The notes: generated by a model not told the origin, from the letters alone. A DNA stretch of 64,000 bases from Marsupella aquatica (GCA_973895155.1 OZ316892.1:1130917-1194916), one strand, 5' to 3'. Shown: positions 50,228 to 63,334, counted from the first letter of the stretch. Program-made: numbers and translations.

Positions 50228-52360
50228 GCCATGTAAACGGGCAATTCACTCAGCCTATCCATTTATTGCGAGGAGTTCGACAAGGCTGTCCCCTCGCCCC
50301 ACTGGTTTATGCATTGTCCACCCAGCCCTTGATGGATTTCTTTGATGCGGCGCTCTTGGCAGGTGAGGTGCATGGTATTAAGATAAACAACGATCTTACC
50401 CTTGTCCATCGTTTTTTTGCTGATGATCTCAGAATATACACCCCTGCAATGGAATCCTGTTTTCTGGAAATTAGACAAAAGTTGGAGATTTATGAGTTAG
50501 CTGCGGGAGCAAAATTAAACTTAGAAAAGACAGAGGTCTTTACTTTCTGTCTAGAATCGATTCCGCAATGGCTAATAGACTCAAATGTTATTGTTATCCC
50601 GCATGGACAGCTTTCGTGCTATCTTGGAGCTCCGTTCGGACAAGATATATCCAACCAACAGATTCAAGATTTTTGTATGAAAAAACTTAAGAATCGGCTC
50701 TCTAGCTGGTCTAACAAAAATTTCTCCTTCACCGGACGGGTTCTATTGGTAAAACAAGTTTTGTTATCAATGACCGTTTACCACATGATGTATACACGTA
50801 TAGCTGGTAGCCTCTCTAACATGATTCGACAGACATGTAAAGACTTCCTTTGGGGTTATAATAAAGATAGTGGTCGAAAAACACCTCTTGTTTCTTGGGA
50901 ACGTATGTGCTGCAGAAAACAGGATGGCGGGCTTGGATTTAAAGATATCCAGACTCAAGCTTCGGCCCTGCTTGCTTGTTGGTCGGTTAGAATGATTACT
51001 GACTCATCTTCGGATTAAGCACTACTATTCTCAGCTAATATTCGTTTGGTTGCATGGAAACAGTCGGTTCTCCTCAGAACATCGGGATACACTCCAATGG
51101 ACAGATTCCTGTTCTCAACCCCATCGAGCTTTCGTGGAATGAGATATACCGAAGGATTTGGAAAGCATGGATTCAGATTCGGGGGAACTTGCACTGGAGC
51201 TCTTCCTCTCTCGCCATTCCTGCTCGATGGCGCATAGCAGACCTCCTCAGAATATACTTTCGCACTCATTGTTTCCCAGCTCCAGTTCTTCCTCTCATTA
51301 CTTCTGCTTGCTCCCGATTAAATATTCGCTGTGTACTAGATCTTTGGAACACGCATTCAGGTATCTGGATTGATTTTTCGACCAGGATCTCTAGGTTACG
51401 TGGACTAGGGGCTTCGAATATCATTGTTCTTACCAACATACTTCGGCTTTTTCAGGATGGCCCTCCACCATCAGGTTCTTCCTCCTTCGTTCCAACTCAA
51501 TGGTTTTGGAAGGGACTCAAAAATCACCACTCCCACGGGTTCTCAGTAGCGTTCAGGCATATAAATTTATTGACCAATCTGACGCAGACTCTCGTTCGCT
51601 GAACATCAGATGGGGCTCCTCAGATTCCCCCTCCACATGGCAAAGGAGATGGAGGCGGTTATGGAGATCAGATTTGTCAAATCGTGGGAAAAATTTTATA
51701 TGGCGGGTCCTGGCTGCTGGTCTGTTCACTGGCAGGAGAGCATTCCAGTGTGGTCATGGGGATGGAATGTGCCCCCTTGGCTGTGGCATCCCCGAAGATA
51801 ATAAGCACATATTTTTTATGTGCACTCAAGCCACAATGGCCTGGAACCGGACTGCCTGGTTCTACGAACGGGCTTTGGCTGTGTCTCTCCTCCTGGGTGG
51901 TCATTCCTTCACCTCCTTTCTTGACCTGGCTCTCGGTCGTTCCCCCAGCCTCTCCGCCCGTCTATTTGTTATATATCAAACTTTGTGGTTACTCTGGAAA
52001 AATCGTAACTCCCACCAGTTTCAAAGTCTATCAGTTATTTTTTCTCCTTCTATAGCAGCATCTGCAGCCGTTGTGCATCTACGTTCAGTAGCAATCAGTT
52101 CAGATTCAGAAAAAAAGAAAAAAAGGTTATACTACGCAGAGAAATATATATCACGTCCTTTATCATATCGTTTTCCTAGCTGAATCACTCCAGCTCCTCC
52201 TTCCATTGTGTATTAAGTAAACTCTGACTTCCATTCAATGTATCCATATCCCTGGGCCCTCACTCTTAGTATATTAAGTGAACCCCCCTGAGAACAGACC
52301 CCCCCCTTGTACCCCTTCTTAATATTTTTTTCTTCATTAAAATATCTCTTGTTAATATAA
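50228..52360 (+). mobile_element. 5'-truncated, disrupted L1-type LINE (RT C-terminal half plus zinc-binding domain)
   Basis: HVNGQF...RGVRQGCPLAPLVY, FFADD, GAKLNLEKT, YLGAP, GRVLLVKQVL, FLWG, VSWERMC...GGLGFKD; then F.WR and CPLGC...EDNKHIFFMC. Stop at 51016 and frameshifts between ORFs 50266, 51054 and 51500. AT-rich tail ~52350. Confidence 0.92.
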
Positions 52361-52716
52361 AAATATTAATTTTTACTATTAAATTTGACCCTTATGTAAC
52401 TTATAAAAGAGGTTTCCAAATAATTGAAAACACCCTTGACTTTTTAAAAGTATGAATGCTATATAAACATGCAAACGATTCAGAATCATAAATATAGATT
52501 ATGCATATTGATATTGTTTTGCATCAAAAACTTGATCTTACACAGGCTACACCTTTTATATAGGTAAACAAAACTAGTACCAGATAATAATATATCAGGT
52601 TACTTATAGACATCATGCCGAAAGGTGAACTAAACTAATACTACATCTAAGAAAGTGAATATGATGCTCTAGTACCCTGGAGGAACAATTGCATATACAC
52701 TCATGCTAAATTCTTC

Positions 52717-52816
52717 CATCCTGAGCTAACCAACCAGGTAATGCCTTCATCCTGAGCTAACCAACCAGGTAATGCCTTCATCCTGACCTATCCAAACCAG
52801 GTAATGCCTTCATCCT
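52717..52816. repeat. 31-bp tandem repeat, ~3 copies
   Basis: CATCCTGAGCTAACCAACCAGGTAATGCCTT repeated. Confidence 0.92.
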
Positions 52817-53141
52817 TCACACCAAATGATCAGCAAAGTTCTTGGCAATTTCTTCTGAACCTGATTTATCAAACCACACATTAATAATTGATTCTAGACA
52901 ATACTCATAACACAAGGAAATCAATACTGAGAAATATGGGAGTAATACCATAACATCTTCTTTGACTGAAATTGTTACTTAGACATGGTGGATAATTTCC
53001 CTGTCAACTCTGTGATCCAACAAGGATTGAAATATCAGAGGCAGGATCAAAATCTCATTCAAAAGCCTTTCATAGCAATCAGAAACTTAAAAGATACATG
53101 CATAAACACTGAAAATTGCTTACCCTGTTACATATATAAGA

Positions 53142-56100
53142 TTACTGAATTTTGTTTTTGGCAAAATTATCAAGAGAAACTGCATCATCTGAATGCAATT
53201 GAAAAACTCCTGGGCATAGTGGATCCACTGTCAAGTGGACTGTTGATATGACACAGTCCAAATCGATAAATTGTGGATCACACACATTGTAGGCAAATTT
53301 ATGCCTACTAGTTCCAATTGGAGAAAACCATTGGAACATAATTTTACATGCCTCCTCACCACCAGGCCTATCAAGCAAATCCAATTCACCTCTTGCTCTG
53401 TCCTGTTTCCCACCATATTTTTTGTGTATACTTTGTATTCTGCCTATCCACCACATATATTTTGGTGTTGTAGTTGAATACATTGCCACAGCTGCACCTC
53501 TTGGCCTCTTCGGATTTGGAACAAAATCATCTGATCTGCTGCTTCCTCGCTTTCTTTGTCCTTTTCCTCTCAATGTTCGTGAAATTGCTTCTGAACTTCT
53601 AGTTTCACGAGCACTGTATGTATCATCCAAGAATAGTACTCCACAATCTGAACCTACTGTTACAAACATTGTTTGAACACCTGCCCTAACATTGGGTTTG
53701 TCCACTAAATTATTGAAGTAGTGATTTTGCTTTATCCGAGTCAATCTGTCTTTGCTGAGGAGAGGGTTGTGGGTCAGTTGGCTGACCAAAGTACTTTTGT
53801 AAATGGACCGATTTTGGTATTCAACGGTTGGCTTCACATCTTGTGTTGCTGCTCCATATATCAAGTCAGAATGCATGATCCCCATGGTGGCCTCCATTTG
53901 AGCAGCAACTCCCTCTACATCTGGGTCTGCATATATCAAAAGTGGTTCTGTTGGGACAGGTAACTCAGAGTCCTCAGGCTCTACAACTTCTGTTGAAGTA
54001 GATGAGGATGCAGGCTCATGAGAGGTTGTTTCACCTTCCTCAGATTCCTCCACATCTACCCCTCCATCTACTAATGTATCAACATTCACATCACACCAAC
54101 TACCAAACTTGACCCCTTTAGCCTCCATCTTCCATGGGGAATTCCACCACACCTTGTCTTTGCAAGATGTGGAAGGGTTCATTTGTAATTCAGTGCATGC
54201 ATTTTGGGCAAGCTGAAAACCTTCTTGCAGTGCAATCACTATTTCTCCATTGGTTTCAATCCCTATATAGTCCATTTGATCTGCTACAATAGGAATTCCT
54301 GCTGGGATTGTAGTGAGCTTCATCCAAATGTTTTCATGTTTCTTGTGACTCTTCCCTGCACCCATCATTCCTTCTGCCAGATCCATTGCAGCCAATCGAT
54401 TTCGATTGGTAGCACATTCTACTAACTCAGCCAAGTCATAACTTCGTTCATGACCATTCATACCTCCTACAGCAGAAAAAAACTGCTCACAAGCATCTGA
54501 CCCAGTCAAATGCAATGGCACTGGAAGATGTCAAAAATTGTCCCTGAATTGGATTACCAACAGGACCACAAAATGAACTGACATCTGAATGTCAAGGAAA
54601 CTTTGCATGGGAATGCAATTTTTTGTGAAACTGATTGGTTGTGTATTCCCTCCCACTGAATGGTTTCCATGAAAGCACCATTGACGCCATAGTCTAAAGA
54701 AGAACCCCACCTTCCCACAATGGACAATCCTCTGTCGCAAACTCAGACTAGTATTCAGAAATATGTCAATGTAGTCTGCACATATCCTAGTGTAAACTTC
54801 TGTCCCAAGAGTCTGTTCAACTCTTGCATCACCACGTTGGTGAAGCATCCGTAAGGAGGACTGTACTTTGCGACTACAGAGTCGTTGTGCACTAGCCCAA
54901 TTTTGTCTGTCTTTCCTTGACTTGTCCTCTTCATTCAAGCCATGATCACTGTTCAGGTACACTTTGTAACAGGATATGATGTGACTCAGGTTTGCCATTT
55001 CTGCTCCTAATTTCAAAATACGAGAAGTAGAATCCAATGGGTTCACTAACTTCTTCCCATTATGAATAAAATCTTGATCATGCAATCCATATGCATGGAT
55101 CAATGGTCCAGTAGTGGTCATAGAGTGGGTCAATTTCCAAGCTTCCCACCTTAGGTCCTGCCTTGGCCCTGGTATTCCACTTCCAGAGTAGTCTTCCAAC
55201 ATAAGCTTTCTCCTTCGTGCATCCCCATCGCTTGCATGACCCAATAATGGCCCCACAGACTCTAGGCAATGAGTTGTCCATAGTGAGGCTAGGCTGTTCC
55301 ATTGTCGCCTGACCCATGGAGCATCAAACTTGTTACAGGTGCCCATCCCCAGTATGCACAATCGAGGGAATCCAGCAACAAGGGCATTTACTATCAAACA
55401 CCTTGCCTAGTGAGCTATAACATAATTGTCAAATGCATCTGCAATGTTGTTGAAGCCAACTTCTCCTTCCCCCACTATGATCTCCAAGCCAACACTGCAC
55501 TCATGATCCTTTTTTGTCCCACAAAATCCAAGAAGAGTATCATGTTTTGGCAGCCATCTGCAACCAATAGCAGGTGGCTTCTTCATTAGTTCTTGTTCAA
55601 TATTTTTGTGTAGCACAAAAATACATACTGAAGGAAAAGAATGACTAGAGCAAGAGGAGGCAGTGAATAGTCACCTCACAATCCTCTTCACACAAGTCTC
55701 GTCCTCTGCCAAAAAGCATGGAATGGGTCCATGTATATTTAATCGAGCCTTCAATTTGGAAAATACTTCCGCAATAAACTGAAATTGCTCTACATGAATT
55801 CCAGCACGAAACACTACCATGCCTCTCTTATCCCTTTGAAGGGTGTTGAGAGTGGGACCAATTCCATTGGTTGCAAGACAATCAACTACACGTCTTCCGC
55901 CATGTAAAAACAGTGTTTGGCAAAAAAGTTTTGTTCCAGGCCTAAAACGATATCCTGTCTTCTCCCTATTGATGTTCTGTGCTATGTCTGATAACATATC
56001 CCACAGAGCTCCTCTCCCACCAAAGGCACCTCATTTGTGTGCCAATATTATTGAATGACAGAATTTCAATACAGTTGCTTTGTTTGGTTCCTCATAGTGA

Positions 56101-57848
56101 AGACACACTTCACTAATGCTGGGGACCAGAGCCTTTGCCATGAGTAGCTTGTGACTCAAGATTCTCTGTAACTTTCGTTCTCTCAAAATTTGGTTCCTAT
56201 AACTTTTAGCTTGGTATTGGACCTCTGGAATAGTCAAATAGTCTAAGCGCCTACCTTTACCAGTAGTTCTACAACCTCTTTTTTCAAGAGCTTTGTACTC
56301 CCTGTAAACTCTGAGTCGAAAGTCCTGCTCTGTTTTTATGCTAAAACATTGCGTACAGGATAAGTCTATAAACCCACCACCAAGTTCCGAAATTCGTCTA
56401 CACTCTCTGTGTCTAAATAAACCAGAGATCACACAGTTTTCCTGAGTCGTCAAACACCACACCTCTGCCCTCACTATGGGCTCCGCATACCAGTTCCCAT
56501 CTAATTTAAGCTAATCATTTAAAATTTCCTTGATAGGCCTGGTATCTGAACCATATTTCACCACATCACGCCAGAGACCCCAGCATAGCAAAGAGAGATT
56601 GTCAAGAGTACCTTTGTCTTTTGAACTAGAACTGGAAGCTCCTCCAGTTGAGGGGCGAGTTAAGAACCCAGCTATTTTCTGTTGTTTCACATCCCTTCCA
56701 TCTGGTGCACGAGGTCTTCCAGGCCTTCCACTGTGCACTGGGTTACCCCTAGCAGGCTTTTGACTTCTCATGACATAGTTAAGATGACTTAAGCCTCCCA
56801 CATGGGCTTCCAAATTTGTTTCCAAATTGCGTTGTTTTGGAATCAATGTCAAGTTTTCAGCACAAAACTCACAACGAAGTTTGAACTTCATCAACTCTAG
56901 GGGCTCTTTGTCCACATCACCTATTACTGTAAAGGTATCACACCCAACAAGCCCACCAGCAATTTGTGCTGAGTTTATCTTCTCCACAATCTTGACATGT
57001 TGATCAAGTATGGCTCTATCATTCAGAGTACAAGCCTCAGCCCTCTGAGAAATCTCTCTGTGATCCACTTTCTCACCCCTATTAGATGCTACACGTCGAG
57101 CATGCTTTTTTGATGGCAAATGTTTCACTCTGAAGTTTGTAAACACATTATTGACCATAGTTTTATCCACACCCTTGACACTGCTACATGCAACTGCTTG
57201 ATATCTGAAGTCACATTCACAACACTCAATATGCCCACGAGGCACACCATCCTTGTCCCAGGTTCTGACTTTCCATTTGTGGTCCACACACTTAATAAAA
57301 GTCATCCACTCTATCAACTTCGTCACAGAAGTCTCCCATGCTATTTTGAGGTCATGAGACATTAATTCAGACTCTAGGCTGACTTGTGATTCAACTTCCT
57401 GGGATGGGGCTCCACCAATAGGCTGGCCATCCTGGGATGGGGTACTTGCAGGTTGGGCCTCCTGAGATGGAGCTCCACCTACATGCTGGTTAGAGGGTTC
57501 ATCTATTGTGGGAGTACCACAAGATGTGCTACCAGGTCCATTGGATGCATGGCTACTTCCAAGGACTTGTTGTGACCCATTCTGCACATCTCCTTGGACA
57601 AAATTGTTGGGGTATTTTGGGATAATGACAATCTTCCCACCACAATCCTCTACCAGATTATACCTCTCAAATTTCTCCAACATTCTACAAGCAAGGTTGA
57701 TGTCCATGAAATGGAACTCGAAGTCAAAACCTGACTCCAAGTTCTTTCTAGCATCATAAAAGGTTTCACCTATCTTGTAGCTATATGATGTCAGGGGTTT
57801 CCGTTCCCCTGACTCAGAGTCTGCTTGAAATACAGTGGCAGGCGGCAT
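53142..57848 (-). pseudogene. Large P-element/THAP9-like DDE transposase gene (~1530 codons; exons 57848-55675, 55557-53142) with four in-frame premature stops
   Basis: ORFs 57848, 56474 and 55997 share one frame, as do 55397 and 54521. A 117-nt GT-AG intron (55674-55558) restores VR|WLPKHDTLLGFC. Motifs FLAEDET, HASDG, QDFIHNGKKLVNPL, DRQNWASAQRL and GSDACEQFFS match the order of P-superfamily catalytic motifs. N-terminal Cys/His motifs. Confidence 0.75.
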
Positions 57849-59514
57849 CCTCTATGTCCAACGTTAATTCCCTAACCAATTGACATATGCTAGGGGCATA
57901 GGCCTGCAAACATAGCACAAGACAAGAGAGAAGCACCACAATCAAAATGGACACAATCATAACACTTCAACCAATTATGGGTTACTTTGTAACGACCCAT
58001 TCAATGACATTGCTCAACATGGGGATTTGGGAAGTTTTGGCCTCCTACAAGTAGCCCAAGGAAGCCCATATGTCAAGACCGCATCCACCAGACCAATTCC
58101 ACAAGGGCCTTGCCCCATCCCGGCCATTTCTCATGGTAATTGGCTTGTCTAAGATCCATTGCAGCTTTCTCCTTTCGGGTGGGAAGGGACGTACCCTTTG
58201 CATGCAAGGACTCTGGTTTCAGCGTAAGCACAAGAGAGTATGAGATCTGCACATGGCCATTTAAGCTTGTCCTGAATTAGCTTGTCCCAACATATTAGCT
58301 TGTCCCAGTCTGTGCTTGGTCCATGTGCAGTCGGGGCCAGGCCCATCACTCCAATCCCTCTCCTCGACATGTGCAATGGGCTGATCAAAATTTATTTACT
58401 CACAGACTCGCTCAGAGAGGCTCGACCATTCATGAATAGCAACATTCCATGGACCACCCAAATCCTATCTGGCAAGGCTCTAAGCAATCTTCCCCCCCCC
58501 CCTCCCAGGCTACCTGCACCTGCTTCGCCTCCAAAGAGTGCTAGATTGTCAGGGATGAAATCTGACAATCTCCACTGAGGGCATTACTTCCCCAATGGTC
58601 TCCTTGGATTTGATGGGACCTGCAAACGGTCCTACTTCTACAACAGAAAGACAAAGCCTAATTCACAAAACATAAAGAAATGCTTACCTGAGCAAACACA
58701 CAAAGCCCTGTTTGTAAGCGGATTCATACAAGACAACAAGCATGAATCGACAGTACAAGAGACAACGTACAATCAGGAATGCAGGGCAAAATGAAAGTAG
58801 GGCATCTGACTGCAAGAAGAGGCACCACTGATTCTTTACTTACTTGTGTATTTGCATTGGCTGCTTGAACGGGTCAGGGACGGAAACTAGATCCACATTG
58901 GAAGTCGACAACAACAAGCCTGCTCCAGACAAACAACAATGAATGAATGGAGATGCAAAAAGCATTAGCCACAGTCCTGGACTTCTTGGCAGTTGACAAA
59001 ACAGAGATAACAAGCAATTAGAAAACAAACCTGTAATATAGTATAGAAGTGCCGAGAATAACTTGACCAGGGGTGGCATTCATTGATAGTATTCTAATCT
59101 TGATTAAACTTCAAGACCTGTACAAATCCACCAACAAAGAGAATCTTACAAAATATCAACAGGATACCATAGCTTAGCATCTATAGAACTACGATAATTT
59201 TAGTCCTGCTACCTGCCAAAAATACCGGCCAACTACTGTACGTTGGCGTCAAGTTGTGGATACCAAGGTAGAGCAGCTGGAGACTTGGAGAAAATTGATC
59301 TCATAAACCAGCGAAAGAGATAGTCTGCTAGACTGGGCAAAGTTGGACTGAGCCGGGGACAAGTCCAAACCGGGTTGAAATCACTTGGAGCCCTCTACAG
59401 TCTCCGAATAAAAGAACACTCCCCGGATGATTGTGTCTAGGAGGCAGAGAGAAGGCGAAGAGAATATAGGAAGCGGTGCTCGATGAGATCTACAAAGCTG
59501 AAGGAAATCGAGCT

Positions 59515-59870
59515 ATGGCTGCTGCGTCCCTGATCTGCTGCTCCAGCAGTTTGCTTCGCCACTCGCCCGCCCTTTCATCACCTTCTTTCCGTGCGAGAGC
59601 GACGTCCTCGTCCTCCTCGTCCCCCTCAGCGCTCGCCTCTTTGAGCTCGGCTTCATTTCGTGGGGTGCACAACTACAACTTGTCGTCAAATACTCTCGCG
59701 CGGTGGCCATCTTTGGAATTTTGGTGAGAAAAGTCTTGGCAATGAGGGTACTAAGCATATTATACTAATTCCTCCCTCGTTGTTGGGATTGTCGGAGAGG
59801 AACTGCACGCCGCTAGAGCTAGGGACTGTTCCTCTGTCTGAGGAGGAAGCCATGGCATTGCTTCGCAAGG
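59515..59870 (+). pseudogene. Gene fragment encoding a plastid transit-peptide-like N-terminus
   Basis: MAAASLICCSSSLLRHSPALSSPSFRARATSSSSSSPSALASLSSASFRG is Ser/Ala/Arg rich with no acidic residues. I could not splice it to any downstream coding exon. Confidence 0.4.
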
Positions 59871-62800
59871 TCTCTACGCTGAGCCTCACTTTATATAATA
59901 GTGTTTCTAGCTCAATTCTCCCAAAATGATTGGCCATTTGCTTCTGGGTTTACCGTTCAGTGTGACTGGTTGCAGAGAAGCAATTGAAAGAACAATTGCA
60001 AAAATATGTGACCTTCTGACGACAGTGTTAATTCAGGTATTATTTCAGCACAAAATAATTTCATGTGAAATCAAGTCTGTTACGATGACCGGACAGGAAT
60101 TGTAGGGTGGAGATTGGCAAAGGCCGACAATGGACTCAAAATCTGGACTGAATGGAAGCTGAAAGATTTTGGAGCTGGAATTTCGCTTTTCGATCGGATT
60201 GGAGCTGTCGCTGAAGTTGAAGGGCATTACCCAAAACTTCATCTTCAAGGGTTAAACACAGCTAGAGCAGAGCTCTTTACCTAGTCCATAGGTACGGTTG
60301 GACCCTGAACTGATACGTCTGGACTGCTCTATGTATGTTAATTTAATGAATCTCGCAAGATTCATGTCATGTGGATGCGGCTCGCCTCAAGCATCACCCA
60401 CTATGGCGATCATGGCACGCATGTTGTAGACTTCAACTACACTGATGGCATTCCGAGAATAAACAATTTTACCCAAAATTTGACAGACAACAAGAACTTA
60501 AAGAACATGCCTGGGAATGGTGGAAACTTCACCTTCCATAATGAGACAAAAGCAGAGGTTGTGGAAGTCAATTTGGAACCTGCAAGGAACACGTAACAGT
60601 CACTGCAATCCCAAACGTAGTTGGAGCGATATGTTGACCAAAAGAAGGCAATGCAACGGAGAAGATAGCGAAGACTGAGGCTTTAAGACAATGGTAGACT
60701 TAGAGGCACAAAAGGCATAGAATCAATGCAGTGGTACACAACTAACAAAGTCGCGCAGTATGCAATGCGCAATCATCAGATCCAAGTTGAGGAAATGCAG
60801 AAGGGTTTACAGTGTGATACATTGAGGAATATAGTGGCTTACATCTGTTTTTGTCAAACACGCCGACCGTCCTTCAATGAGAAACTGTCTTCTAGCTAAT
60901 GTAACTCCGACTAGATCCTGTCATGTACGCAGTGACAGTTAGTTACTAGATATTATTGGTCAATATTCTAACTGAGTAGAGATAACTGAGTGTTGTCACA
61001 ATGAAATTGTCCATACTTGCTGACCTCTTTTGATGCCACACACTCTTCCCTGATTCTCGATCTACCTCTCTCCCCTACGTTTAGCTCTTCTCCTCTGTGG
61101 CCCGTAGCCTTTGACAAACTCCTGTCGGGACTCCTGCCTGCCTTCTTGCCTAAGGCAAATCCTTCAATGAATGAAGGAATTAATAAATCATGCAAGGAAT
61201 TAATGAATGAAGGAATTTCCAAATAGCCACAGAACGCAACTCTGTGACAAGGTGAGGAGGAGTGACGTACGGTGGTGGGGACGAACACGATGGCTGAGCA
61301 GTGCTTGACGGACTGGTTCCCAACAACGAGGCTATCCTTGATCACATACAAGAGGTTCTTCCTGTGCCTCGTGCCAAAACTGTGCTTCTCACTAATGGGA
61401 TTGTTTACTGTCATCCTCGACAAACATGTTCGCCAGCAGTAGCAAAGCGGAAGCGCGCCATCACAAACTTTGGTCTGGTCTCAATGAAATAGAACATTCC
61501 CAAGCAAAGCAAATGAAGAGCTACTTCAGTGCTCTTTACGTTACTAAATAATAGGAAAGCTATGGAAATGACGTTGGGCTCAGAAAATAGATAGCCTGAT
61601 CGAAACAAGGAAAACATTGACGCAGACCACACATTCTATCTCTTTCGCCACAAAACATTCTACGAGTACACTGTAAGCATTGTTGCAGACAAGTCAAGCC
61701 CAACTCCTCGACACAAACATCACAAATGGAAGAACTGTTTGTTGAAAAGTCAATAGCAACTCACTTGTTAACATGCAATTATCGGGGCAGTTCCGGGGGC
61801 AGTTCAAATGAATGATTGGACTCAACTGCTGCCGTTTTGCGTATTGAGGGCTCCTTCCCCTCGTCCTTCCCTCAATATTCTTTACAATGTTTGGGTCCTC
61901 GTCATCTTACAGCATTACTCCTTGCGCACGCCACGCCATGCCAAGCCATCGATTGATCGCTGTCCCGGGTCGCTGTCCAAATGCAGGTTACTTCGTTGCT
62001 GGCTTCATTGCAGAATGGATTGCTTGCAATCTGCAATAAAAAAGCTCATCTTCAGAAGCATTTCGCTGCTTTTTGGCAAAACACTTACATTGACAAAAAG
62101 AGATCATGCAAAGCAATACCTTCCAAGCTCGAGCATCTTCCTCTGCAGTTTTTGCTTCCTGCACTTTGGCTTTCACCGAGTCCACCAACCAAAAGCCCTG
62201 TGTGAGAACATGTGCAAAAACTGTCAGCTACACAAGACTGAAATAAAAACCCGCCTTAAAACCTGTATCAAAAGAGGTTACATCAGATCACGGCATGTAC
62301 ATGTTAATGCAACCGCGCAAAGTAGCAAGCCCGGGGTAGCAAGAGGGTGGCATGCACTCACTTTGCCAAGCGAGGAGCCGAAAGAATAAGTTCACTGTGT
62401 GCAAGAGCAGAGAATACACACGGGACGGACCCTGCGTGTAGCCTAACAAACAAACATAGCTATGGCGGGTCTGAAATCCAACGCCGCATGCAGCCCAAAC
62501 CCTGGCCCAAACAAGCAAATGATCGCTATGGCCAGTCTAAAATCCAACGACCTAAACTGCAGAGAAGCAGGGGGAATGCAAGGGAGGGTCACGCAAACCC
62601 TGTTGTGTGAACCCCAATGTGGCCAGCCCCTGATACCTCCCTCACCCCAATGATAAGGGAGTACAAACCCCCACCCCACACACACAAACACACCTGGCCG
62701 TTTGATTGAACCCATTTCAAAAGTAATCTTGTTTGTTTATGTGCTATGGAGGGGGTATTGATCCATGGTCCCCATCAATCCCCCATCAATCCCTAAACCC

Positions 62801-63333
62801 CAACCCCCGCCCCAACCAAGTTGGACCCAAAGATCCCGACCCAACATTTACTCAACTCCCGACTCAACTCCTATTGTCTACTAAAACCCATTTGTCCCAC
62901 CATAAGGGGGCACACAAACTTGTCTTAGGAGAACAAATAATTAAATGTGTGATTTACTATATGGACAGGTGTGCCAATGAAGTCATGACACGTGTACCAA
63001 CCATATAGTGACGTGTGTCCTTGACATTTTGGGTACCCTTGCATAAGAGTAATGTGACATGTATTTGATAAGAGCCTTATTACTAATATTGTGTCAAATG
63101 TATATATAGGGATGTTGCCGACTTTAAAAATTATTATGAAAATTAGTTTGCATTACATTAAAAATACCCTTGCGTCGTTCGCACGTCCTCCCTGTATTAG
63201 TAACGCTAAGGGCCCAGGGATCCATATCCCCCTGGTTATTTTTTCCTATGTTTTTTACCCCTGGTGAGGTACACTATCAAGCTATTCGTGCTCCTAGTCC
63301 ACGATTCTCTCTTTTCGCACACCCAGTCTATGT

Positions 63334-63334
<1 letters not shown>

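Noticed and set aside
54531-56513. Alternative genetic code explaining the in-frame stops
   Set aside because: Both TAG and TGA are involved and neighbouring host genes terminate normally at TAG/TGA/TAA; mutation is the simpler explanation.
60369-62715. Several 60-190-aa ORFs on both strands
   Set aside because: No recognisable domains or consistent splice model; cannot be supported as genes.
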